In this document: positions 9,241 through 16,870 of the stretch, one piece after another
Position numbering within the stretch: the first letter of the stretch is position 1
How the letters are laid out: each line of letters begins with the position of its first letter
Assembly: GCA_044866005.1 (NCBI GenBank)
Contig: JBIOTN010000025.1
Coordinates: 1 to 28,084, forward strand
Source of the DNA: Candidatus Rokuibacteriota bacterium
GTDB lineage: Bacteria > Methylomirabilota > Methylomirabilia > Rokubacteriales > DASRDR01
Reading direction: 5' to 3'
Length of the DNA: 28,084 nucleotides
Made by a program: the position numbers and the translations under genes
The notes under the pieces: model-generated
Database searches by the model: none
Seen by the model: only the letters and a program-made list of their open reading frames with translations
What the model was told of the DNA's origin: nothing

Positions 9241-10222
9241 CGCCGCGCCCGCCCACGATCACGACCACGCCCGCCGCGAGGAGCAGCAGGACGGAGGCCG
9301 GCAGGAAGACCTTCCACGACAGGCCGAGGATCTGGTCGACGCGGATTCGGATGAAGGACCACCGGATCCAGATGACGAGGACGAAGAGGACGATCGCCTT
9401 GAGGAGGAACCAGACGGGGCCGAGCGCGGTCGGCCCGGGCCCGAGCCACCCCCCCAGGAACAGGAGCGTCCCCAGGCAGGCGACGCCGAAGAGGTGGGTG
9501 AACTCCGCGAGCTGGATCAGGGCGAACTTCATGCCGGAGTACTCGACCCGGAAGCCCGCGACCAGCTCCGACTCCGCCTCGACGATGTCGAACGGGATGC
9601 GGTTCTCCGACGCCAGCGCCACCACCACGAAGGCGACGAAGGCGAGCTGCCCGAGCCCCGGATAGGCGACGAACCAGAGCCCGGCCTGGGCCGCCACGAG
9701 GTCCTGGAGCCGGAGCGAGCCCACCAGGACGACGGGGACCAGGGCGATGAGGATGAACGGGACCTCGTACGAGATGATCTGGTTGACCGCGCGCATCGCG
9801 GAGAGGAGCGCGTACTTGTTGTTCGAGCCCCAGCCGCACATGAACAGGCCGACGACCTCGAGGGACGAGACGGCCAGGACGAACAGGACGCCGATCTGGA
9901 GGTCGGCCAGCGCGAGGGCCGGGGCGAAGGGGATCGCGGCGTACATGAGGAAGGCCGGGACGAGGAAGACGATCGGCGCCAGGTTGTAGACCGGCCGGTC
10001 GGCCGACGCGGGCACCACGTCCTCCTTGAGCATGAGCTTCAACGCGTCCGCGATCGGCTGGAGCCACCCGTGGGGCCTCCCCACCCGGTACGGGCCGACC
10101 CGCGACTGGAGCCGGGCCGCGAACTTCCGCTCGAGCAGCGTCAGATAGGTGATGAGCGCGAGCACGCCGTTCAACAGGAGGAACGGCGGCCCCACGGTCC
10201 ACAGCAGATCGTACGCGCTCAT
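9233..10222 (-). CDS. nuoH: NADH-quinone oxidoreductase subunit H
   Basis: LERKFAARLQSRVGP, QPIADALKLMLKE, NRIPFDIVEAESELVAGFRVEYSG. Confidence 0.97.
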   Translation of the reverse strand: MSAYDLLWTVGPPFLLLNGVLALITYLTLLERKFAARLQSRVGPYRVGRPHGWLQPIADALKLMLKEDVVPASADRPVYNLAPIVFLVPAFLMYAAIPFAPALALADLQIGVLFVLAVSSLEVVGLFMCGWGSNNKYALLSAMRAVNQIISYEVPFILIALVPVVLVGSLRLQDLVAAQAGLWFVAYPGLGQLAFVAFVVVALASENRIPFDIVEAESELVAGFRVEYSGMKFALIQLAEFTHLFGVACLGTLLFLGGWLGPGPTALGPVWFLLKAIVLFVLVIWIRWSFIRIRVDQILGLSWKVFLPASVLLLLAAGVVVIVGGRGGA

Positions 10223-10491
10223 CCGCGCGCTGCCCCGCCGGACCGAGACCCGAGCAGATCAAGGACACAGGGAACGGCGCGCCGCAGGACGTCGCGGGGC
10301 TGGGGCCCCGCCGTCCGAGGCGCGCGAACCCGAGGAGGCGCGGCGAGGCGTATGCCGGCCCCCCCACCCAGCCCTATGAGGAGGCGCGCCGACGCCCCCA
10401 GAGGCCAGGACGGCCGCGAGGCCGCAGGCCGAGCGCGTCCCGGCCGTGATGCAGGACGCAGAGATGCGACGGGTATCGGCCCGGCCCTCAC
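10219..10491 (-). other. Repeat-like spacer with a 90-codon 'bridge' ORF between nuoD and nuoH
   Basis: GTG overlaps nuoD TGA; TGA overlaps nuoH ATG; no internal stop; starts VRAGPIPVASLRP. Confidence 0.4.
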
Positions 10492-11651
10492 CGGTCGACC
10501 TCGCCGAAGACCGGATCGATCGACCCCAGGATCGCCACGGCGTCGGCGACCTTGTGCCCCGGCAGGATGTGGCCGGCCACGGCGAGGTTCGAGAACGAGG
10601 CCCCGCGCCACTTCATCCGGTAGGGCTTCGTGGCGCCGTCCGAGACGAGATGGATGCCGACCTCCCCCCGCGGGCCCTCCACGCGCGCGTAGGCCTCGCC
10701 CTTGGGGATCTTCACCTGCGCGACCGACTTCACGCCGGGGCGCGAGGAGATGGGGCCCTCCGGCAGGCCGTCGAGCACCTGCCGCACGATGCGGAACGAC
10801 TCGCGAAACTCCCGCATGCGGACGCGGTACCGCGCGAAGCAGTCGCCCGCCGCCTCCACGGGCACGTCGAAGGCGAAATCCTCGTACGAGGAGTAGGGAT
10901 CCGCGCGGCGGATGTCGTGGGCGATGCCCGAGCCCCGGATGAGGGGGCCCGATACGCCCACATCCTGCGCCAGCTCGCGCGAGATCACGCCGACCCCCTG
11001 GGTCCGGACCAGGAAGATCGTGTTGCCCTCGAGCAGGCCCTCGTACTCGCCGACACGCCGCTCGATGTGGTCCACGGTCGCCCGACACTGCTCGGCCCAT
11101 CCCGCCGGCAGGTCGTAGCGCGTGCCGCCGACCTGGTGGAAGCCGTAGAGGAGCCGCGCGCCGGTCAGCGCCTCGAAGAGGTCGAGCACCATCTCGCGCT
11201 CGCGGAAGCAGTAGAGGAACATCGTCGCCCCGCCGCCCAGGGCGCCTCCCATGTCCATGCACCAGGTCCCGAGCCAGAGGCAGTGAGAGGCGATCCGCTG
11301 GAGCTCGGCGGCGAGGACGCGCAGGTACTGGGCGCGCCTGGGGATCTCGATCTGTCCGAGCTGTTCCGCCGCGCGCACGTACGTGAGCTCGGCGGTCATC
11401 GCGGCGACGTAGTCGGTCTTCGAGGCGATGGAGGGGTACTGGACGTAGGTCAGGCTCTCCCCGAGCTTCTCGTGGCACCGGTGGAGGTAGCCGATGATGG
11501 GCTCCACCGCGACGATCGTCTCGCCCTCGAGCGTCAGGATCATCCGGAAGACGCCGTGGGCGGACGGGTGCTGCGGCCCCATGTTCATCACCAGGCGCTC
11601 GTTCCCCCCGTATCCGTACTCGACGACCGTCCGGGCGTCCGCGTCGGGCAT
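10488..11651 (-). CDS. nuoD: NADH-quinone oxidoreductase subunit D
   Basis: NMGPQHPSAHGVFR, IGYLHR, AELQRIASH, EGPRGE, C-terminal GEVDR; no NiFe-binding CxxC pairs. Confidence 0.96.
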   Translation of the reverse strand: MPDADARTVVEYGYGGNERLVMNMGPQHPSAHGVFRMILTLEGETIVAVEPIIGYLHRCHEKLGESLTYVQYPSIASKTDYVAAMTAELTYVRAAEQLGQIEIPRRAQYLRVLAAELQRIASHCLWLGTWCMDMGGALGGGATMFLYCFREREMVLDLFEALTGARLLYGFHQVGGTRYDLPAGWAEQCRATVDHIERRVGEYEGLLEGNTIFLVRTQGVGVISRELAQDVGVSGPLIRGSGIAHDIRRADPYSSYEDFAFDVPVEAAGDCFARYRVRMREFRESFRIVRQVLDGLPEGPISSRPGVKSVAQVKIPKGEAYARVEGPRGEVGIHLVSDGATKPYRMKWRGASFSNLAVAGHILPGHKVADAVAILGSIDPVFGEVDR

Positions 11652-11657
11652 GGGCGC

Positions 11658-12296
11658 CTACTTGAGCGGCGAGAACGTCGTGGGCATGAGGAGCTTCGAC
11701 TCCATGTGCTGCATGAGCGGCCCGATCTTGCCGAGCGTCTCCTTCCAGACCGTGTCCGCGTAGGCCGCCTGCCGCACCTCCAGGCGATGATTGGCGTCCC
11801 GGTACGCCCAGAGGTGGACGACCGTGTTGAGCGGGCCGATCTCGGTCGACCACAGGCCCACGGGCGCGGAGTACTTCTCGCGGGCGGGCAACCCGGCACG
11901 GAAGTGTCCCAGCCACTCGGGCACCCGCCCGGGATAGAGCCGGTAGCTCCGCAGCTCGTACACGCCCATGCCGGACGTCGGGCGCAGCGGATACCACTCC
12001 GCCGGCACGAGCAGCATGTTCTCCTGGCTGACGAGGAACGGCCGGCTCCGCGCGACGAACTCCCTGTTCCACCGCTCGTCCCTGGCCAGCCCGGCCCGCG
12101 CCTCCGCCCGCGCCGCGAGGTCGGCGTACTCCCACAGGTGCACCACCTGGTTCAGCGTTCCGTGCTCCGTGGTCCAGTACCCGACCAGGCGGCCGAAGCG
12201 GTCACCGCGGATGGGCCGTCCCAGGGAGCCCGACAGCTCGACGTACTCGCCGAGCTTGCCGGGGTGCAGCGTGTAAATGCGCAGCTCGTGGATCAT
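11658..12296 (-). CDS. Tandem two-domain NIPSNAP family protein
   Basis: Two repeats of (H/Y)ELRxY.L.PG...G.W.TE.G.LN.VVHLW.Y.D...R...R; own SD GGGAGGA. Confidence 0.92.
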   Translation of the reverse strand: MIHELRIYTLHPGKLGEYVELSGSLGRPIRGDRFGRLVGYWTTEHGTLNQVVHLWEYADLAARAEARAGLARDERWNREFVARSRPFLVSQENMLLVPAEWYPLRPTSGMGVYELRSYRLYPGRVPEWLGHFRAGLPAREKYSAPVGLWSTEIGPLNTVVHLWAYRDANHRLEVRQAAYADTVWKETLGKIGPLMQHMESKLLMPTTFSPLK

Positions 12297-12314
12297 CCGG
12301 TCCTCCCGCGCCGC

Positions 12315-12797
12315 CTACCGGTAGGGGGCATGCGGCGTGTCGACGGCGTAGTCCTTCCGGAGCGGATGGCCTTCCCAGTCCGCGGGCAGGAGGATCCGTC
12401 GCAGGTCCGGATGTCCCTCGAACCGGATGCCGAACAGGTCATAGCACTCGCGCTCCATCCACAAGGCCCCGCGGTAGAGACCCGTGAGGGTCGGGCAGAC
12501 GGCGTCCTGGCCGATGCGGGTCTTCAGCGTGAGGCCGAGCCCGCGCTCCAGGTTCTCCACCCGGCAGATCACCTCGAACCCCGCGGCCTGCCAGTCCACC
12601 GCGGTCAGGTGGCAGAAGTAGCGGCAGCCGAGCGTCTCCTTGGCGAACCGCGCCAGCTCGACCCAGCGCTCCACCGGCACCGGGACCACGACGTGCCGGC
12701 CATCGAGCGGACGCTTGGGGTCCTCACCCGTCGGCTCCACGCCAAACGCCTGGCGGATCGCGCCGAGCGCCGTGTCGAGGGGTTCCGACGTGGTCAA
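12315..12797 (-). CDS. nuoC: NADH-quinone oxidoreductase subunit C
   Basis: [45 protein letters not shown] start overlapping nuoB stop (TTGA). Confidence 0.94.
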   Translation of the reverse strand: MTTSEPLDTALGAIRQAFGVEPTGEDPKRPLDGRHVVVPVPVERWVELARFAKETLGCRYFCHLTAVDWQAAGFEVICRVENLERGLGLTLKTRIGQDAVCPTLTGLYRGALWMERECYDLFGIRFEGHPDLRRILLPADWEGHPLRKDYAVDTPHAPYR

Positions 12798-13450
12798 TCG
12801 TCGCCGGACGGCGAGGGGTTCGCGGCCGGCCGCGTCCCCGTCTTCTGGAACTCCGCGACCTTCTCCTGGAGCTTGAGGATTCCGAACATGAGCGATTCGG
12901 GGGTCGGGGGGCAGCCCGGCACGTACACGTCGACCGGCACGACGCGGTCGACACCCTTGACGACGTGGTAGCCGTGGCGGAAGGGGCCGCCGGAGTTCGC
13001 GCAGGAGCCCATCGAGATGCACCACTTGGGGTCCGCCATCTGCTCGTAGATCCGCTTGAGCATGGGCGCCATCTTGATCGTGACGGTGCCGGACACGATC
13101 ATGAGGTCCGCGTGGCGCGGCGAGGCCCAGGGGACCATGCCGAAGCGCTCCACGTCGAAGCGTGAGGCGAAGGTGGCCATCATCTCGATCGCGCAGCAGG
13201 CCAGCCCGAACGTGACGGGCCAGATGGAGGACTTCCGCGCCCAGTTGAAGAGCTTCTCGGTGGAGGTGACCATGAGCCAGCCGCCCGGGAAGTGCTCGAG
13301 CCGGTCGGCCAGGCTGGCGAAGGCCTCGGAGGTCTGGTCCCCGCCGGTCCGCTCCACGTGGTACTTCACCCATTCCTGGAGGTCCTTGACCTCTTCCCAC
13401 TCGGGTGGCGGGATCCGGGGAACCGGGGTGGGGGGCGGCTTCACTTCCAC
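12794..13450 (-). CDS. nuoB: NADH-quinone oxidoreductase subunit B
   Basis: [35 protein letters not shown] start at 13450 (or 13444) overlapping nuoA end. Confidence 0.96.
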   Translation of the reverse strand: MEVKPPPTPVPRIPPPEWEEVKDLQEWVKYHVERTGGDQTSEAFASLADRLEHFPGGWLMVTSTEKLFNWARKSSIWPVTFGLACCAIEMMATFASRFDVERFGMVPWASPRHADLMIVSGTVTIKMAPMLKRIYEQMADPKWCISMGSCANSGGPFRHGYHVVKGVDRVVPVDVYVPGCPPTPESLMFGILKLQEKVAEFQKTGTRPAANPSPSGDD

Positions 13451-13794
13451 GCCAGCACCCCTTCCCGGTAGGCGTACAGCCAGCCGAGGAGAAGGATTCC
13501 GAGGAACAGGACCATCGGGAAGAAGGCCTCCCAGCCCAGGGACCGCAAGACCAGCGCCCAGGGGAAGAGGAACACCGCGAGGACATCGAAGACGATGAAC
13601 ACGAGCGCCACCAGGTAGAACCCGACGGGAAAGCGGATCCAGGCCGGCCCGATCGGCTCCGGCCCGCACTCGTAGTTCTGGAGCTTCACCGGATCCGGGC
13701 GCGCCGGGCGGAGCACACGGGCCACGGCCAGGCTCACCACCCCGAAGGCGACGATCATGACGAAAAAGACGACAACCGGCAGGTATTCGATCAT
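13441..13794 (-). CDS. nuoA: NADH-quinone oxidoreductase subunit A
   Basis: K...[36 protein letters not shown]. Confidence 0.97.
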   Translation of the reverse strand: MIEYLPVVVFFVMIVAFGVVSLAVARVLRPARPDPVKLQNYECGPEPIGPAWIRFPVGFYLVALVFIVFDVLAVFLFPWALVLRSLGWEAFFPMVLFLGILLLGWLYAYREGVLAWK

Positions 13795-13803
13795 CGGGTG
13801 ATC

Positions 13804-13812
13804 ATTATACCA
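13804..13812 (-). promoter_or_regulatory. Extended -10 promoter of the nuo operon
   Basis: Perfect TGgTATAAT, 9 nt before nuoA ATG; no SD. Confidence 0.65.
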
Positions 13813-13979
13813 ACCAGGCCGCGCGCGGGCTCGGGCAAACGCGAGGCGGGAGAGTGTCCGCCGGCCGACCTAGGAGCGCGCCGGCGTAAACCGCGCGCCT
13901 TTCGCCGTCGGGTTCGGTCGCCCCTTCGGGCGCCGGCTTCGCCGGCGGCCCACCCGCCCAGCCCGAAAAGGGGGGGCAT

Positions 13980-14003
13980 GGGGGGGTCTTCCGAGACCCC
14001 CCC
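13980..14003. repeat. Perfect GC-rich hairpin (REP-like or terminator-like)
   Basis: GGGGGGGTCT-TCCG-AGACCCCCCC, 10-bp stem, 8 nt after the amidohydrolase stop. Confidence 0.6.
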
Positions 14004-14011
14004 GAAGAAAG

Positions 14012-15337
14012 CTAATAGACGAAGGGCGCCGGCAGCGGCGGACGGCCGAAGGGACGGCCGGCCCGCACCGTCAGGACCGGGACGAGCTTCTTGGTCCCCT
14101 GGCGGGTGTTCTTCATCGTGTCCACGAACTCGACCGGCCCGTCCACGAGGTCGAAGATCGCGACGTCGGCCGGCGCGCCGATCTGAAGGGTCCCCAGCCC
14201 CGGCACGCGCCCGATGATCTTCGCCGGTGCGCTCGTCGCCTTGGCCACCACGTCCTCCAGCGAGAAGCCGAGGGCCATGAACTTCGACATGATCCAGGGC
14301 AACGTGGGGTAGCCGGGACTGTTGATGCTGTAGGCGTGGATGTCGCTCGAGATCGTGTCGGGCAGGAGGCCCTGGGCGATCGCGGGCTCCGCCACCCGGT
14401 AGTCGAAGCTGCCGCCCCCGTGTCCCACGTCGATGACGACGCCCCGCTGCTTGGCGCGGAGCGCCGCGGGCAGGAGCTGACCGTTCTGCACCGTGTTGTT
14501 GCCGGCGCCGGTGAAGGAGTGCGTGAGCACGTCGCCCGGTCGGAGCAGGTCGAGCAGCTCCGGCAGCGACCCCGGGGCCGCGCCGATGTGGCACATGACG
14601 CGGAAGCCCGACCCGGCCATGTCGGCCGCCTTGATGGCCCGCCGCAGCGGCTCGAGCCCGTTCTGGCCGACGGTGTAATCGGAGATCCGCACCTTGACGC
14701 CGAGGACCGCGTCCGGGTTCTCCGCGACCACCTTGGCGCAGCCATCCACGTCGGCGTAGTTGATGTTGAGCATTTCCCCGACGGGCGCGCCACCGGTGAG
14801 GCCGATGCTCGAGATGTGCACGAAGGCGAAGAGCCGCGTCCGCGACTGCGGGATCACCCAGTGGCGGAAGCCGCCGAAGGTGTGCCACCCGGCGTCGCCG
14901 GCCGACACGCCGGTCGTCGTCGCGGTGATGGGCACCAGCTCGTCGGGTGGAATCCCGAAGCCCGACACGTGCGGGTAGTAGTGCGTGTGGAGATCGACGA
15001 GACCGGGGGTGACGAGCTTGCCGGCCGCCTCGATCCGCTGGCCCGCACGCTCGGCCGGGATGCTCGGCGCCACGGCCGCGATCTGGCCGTTCTTGATTCC
15101 GATGTCGCGTCGGCCGCGCAGGTTCTGGCCGGGGTCGAGCACGTCGCCGCCCGCGATCACGAGGTCGAACTTGAGGGCGGGGTCGGCGGGGTTGAAGCCG
15201 CTCGGCGTCGGCGCGCTCGCCTGGGCGAGCAGCGTGGGCGGCGCGGCCGGCGCCTCCCCGGCGGGCCCCGCGAGCCCCGCGCCCGCCGCCGCGGCGGTGG
15301 TGGAGAGCTTGAGGAAGGTGCGGCGCGAGACCTCCAT
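14012..15337 (-). CDS. Tat-signal amidohydrolase/deacetylase-family metallohydrolase (dihydroorotase-like, EF_0837 type)
   Basis: SRRTFLK twin-arginine leader; PGLVDLHTH, GVKVR, MCHIG, LTHSF, DVGHGGGSF, ISSDIH metal-site motifs. Confidence 0.9.
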   Translation of the reverse strand: MEVSRRTFLKLSTTAAAAGAGLAGPAGEAPAAPPTLLAQASAPTPSGFNPADPALKFDLVIAGGDVLDPGQNLRGRRDIGIKNGQIAAVAPSIPAERAGQRIEAAGKLVTPGLVDLHTHYYPHVSGFGIPPDELVPITATTTGVSAGDAGWHTFGGFRHWVIPQSRTRLFAFVHISSIGLTGGAPVGEMLNINYADVDGCAKVVAENPDAVLGVKVRISDYTVGQNGLEPLRRAIKAADMAGSGFRVMCHIGAAPGSLPELLDLLRPGDVLTHSFTGAGNNTVQNGQLLPAALRAKQRGVVIDVGHGGGSFDYRVAEPAIAQGLLPDTISSDIHAYSINSPGYPTLPWIMSKFMALGFSLEDVVAKATSAPAKIIGRVPGLGTLQIGAPADVAIFDLVDGPVEFVDTMKNTRQGTKKLVPVLTVRAGRPFGRPPLPAPFVY

Positions 15338-15406
15338 TGGCGTTCCTCCGCGTGATTGGTAAGATACCGGCCCGACCGCTCTCGGGATGGGGGCGATCGC
15401 ACCGGG

Positions 15407-15436
15407 ATGCTATCCGGCCGGCCGCGCGGCCGTCAA
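15407..15436 (-). promoter_or_regulatory. Putative sigma70 promoter of the amidohydrolase
   Basis: TTGACG-N18-TAGCAT. Confidence 0.55.
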
Positions 15437-15482
15437 GGCCGGGCCCGGCACGGGGCCGGCCGCCAGGCCCGGGCGAGGCCCG

Positions 15483-15508
15483 GGAACCTTTCGACAAACC
15501 GGGCCGTT
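15483..15508 (+). promoter_or_regulatory. Putative ECF sigma promoter
   Basis: GGAAC-N17-CGTT, ~65 nt before ATG 15575. Confidence 0.5.
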
Positions 15509-15574
15509 ATGGCTAGCGACAGGCCGCCTTCCGCGGCCGCGCCCTGCTCACCTCACCACAGGAGGATGGGACCC

Positions 15575-15865
15575 ATGAAGACCCTCACCGGAGTGCTCGC
15601 CGTGCTCGTCGCCGTGGGGTTCGTGGCCGGAACCGCGTTCGCGTTCAGCTGCCCGACGCTCGTCAAGGCGGCGAACGAGTCGATCGCGACGGCCGAACCG
15701 AAGGCGAACACGGGCGACGACAGGCAGAAGGCTCGGAACGCGGGGATGATCGAGGAGGCCAAGGAGCTCGTGAAGGAGGCCGAGGCGGCCCACGCCGGCG
15801 GCCAGCACGGCCGGTCCGAGGCCAAGGCGAAGGCGGCCAAGTACCTCGCCGAGCAGGTGAAGTAG
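15575..15865 (+). CDS. Small exported helical hypothetical protein
   Basis: GGAGG SD at 15561; signal peptide ending AFA; mature FSCP...AEAAHAGGQHGRSEAKA; followed by terminator. Confidence 0.85.
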   Translation: MKTLTGVLAVLVAVGFVAGTAFAFSCPTLVKAANESIATAEPKANTGDDRQKARNAGMIEEAKELVKEAEAAHAGGQHGRSEAKAKAAKYLAEQVK

Positions 15866-15890
15866 CCCACCCGCGCCCGGCCCCTGAACC

Positions 15891-15928
15891 GAAGCCGCCC
15901 TGCTGGCCCGGGGGCGGCTTCCGTTTTA
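15891..15928 (+). terminator. Intrinsic terminator
   Basis: GAAGCCGCCC/GGGCGGCTTC 10-bp stem followed by CGTTTT. Confidence 0.75.
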
Positions 15929-16055
15929 CTCCGGCGACGCGCGCGGCGGCCGGCGCCCCGCGGCGAGCCCAGGATCGGCAGGGCGAGATGAGACACGGCA
16001 CCCCCCGCCACGCCGCCGGCGACGGCGGCGCGGCAGGGCGCGCCAGGTGGGGCCG

Positions 16056-16487
16056 CTACGGGCCCGTGGTCGTGCAGAAGTTCGGGGTGAGATCCGGGTG
16101 CGGCTGGACGCCCGGGTCGAACAAGGCGCTCATCGAGCCGACGAGCACGGCGCCCGCGCTCGCGCTGACCACGATCAGGTCGTCCACGTTCTTCGTCCCG
16201 CCGGCCGCCTGGGAGAAGCTGAACGACCCGCCCGGCGGAACGAGGTATTCCACGGTGTCGCCGTCCGCGTAGGTCACCAGGACGCCGCCTCCGGTGCCAT
16301 GGTTCGTCATGGTCACGTGGTAGACGAACGAGCCGGCGCCGCCGCCGCGCCGCGCGCCGCACTGGACGCTCGTGTCGCCGCCCGGTCCGTTCAGCAGCGC
16401 GAAGTCGGACGACTGCTTCGCGCTCGCGCCCGTCCACGACACGAGCACGGTGGCCAGCCCCATCAACACCGCCGCGATCCTCTTCAT
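16056..16487 (-). CDS. Exported beta-rich hypothetical protein (two Cys)
   Basis: GGGAGGG SD; signal peptide MKRIAAVLMGLATVLVSWTGASA; GC-skewed codon usage. Confidence 0.8.
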   Translation of the reverse strand: MKRIAAVLMGLATVLVSWTGASAKQSSDFALLNGPGGDTSVQCGARRGGGAGSFVYHVTMTNHGTGGGVLVTYADGDTVEYLVPPGGSFSFSQAAGGTKNVDDLIVVSASAGAVLVGSMSALFDPGVQPHPDLTPNFCTTTGP

Positions 16488-16548
16488 GGCGTTCCCTCCC
16501 TGTCTCGGGTGAAGGGTTCGGCTATCCCCGCAGCGACCGGGACTGCGG

Positions 16549-16565
16549 TGCAACGGGACTGCCAG
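16549..16565 (-). promoter_or_regulatory. sigma54 (-24/-12) promoter
   Basis: CTGGCAGTCCCGTTGCA matches YTGGCACG-N4-TTGCW with exact GG-N10-GC spacing. Confidence 0.7.
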
Positions 16566-16789
16566 GGGCCGCTCCCGCGCAACCCCGCATGGGGGCATCG
16601 CTCCCACATGAGAGCGCGGCGAAAGCCCCCGGGGCGCGGGCAAATGCGCCGCCCCGGCGTGACAATTTGCGCGAGCGTCTCGGACATGGCGTTTCGGGAC
16701 GGCGCGCGGCGCAACGGAGCTCGCCGATCGGTCGGCGCGTGGTGTTCACCGGACCGATCGGCTATCCTGATCGCCGTGGATGGACCTTC

Positions 16790-16818
16790 TTGCCGGCGGC
16801 CGAGCCCTCGTATATTCT
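16790..16818 (+). promoter_or_regulatory. Putative sigma70 promoter of the acylation cassette
   Basis: TTGCCG-N17-TATTCT. Confidence 0.5.
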
Positions 16819-16870
16819 CGGGCTCCCGTGAACGCCTCCCCGGCGCGCGCCTGCCTGAGCGCCCGCCGGG

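Noticed and set aside
10488..11651. NiFe hydrogenase large subunit
   Set aside because: No N- or C-terminal CxxC motifs; ends in the NuoD-type GEVDR.
15298..15305. attL-like copy of the tRNA-Ala 3' end (TGGTGGAG)
   Set aside because: Only ~8 nt and inside a CDS; expected by chance.
16490..16640. c-di-GMP riboswitch suggested by GGTGCAAC
   Set aside because: Wrong strand and other conserved elements missing; better explained as a sigma54 promoter.
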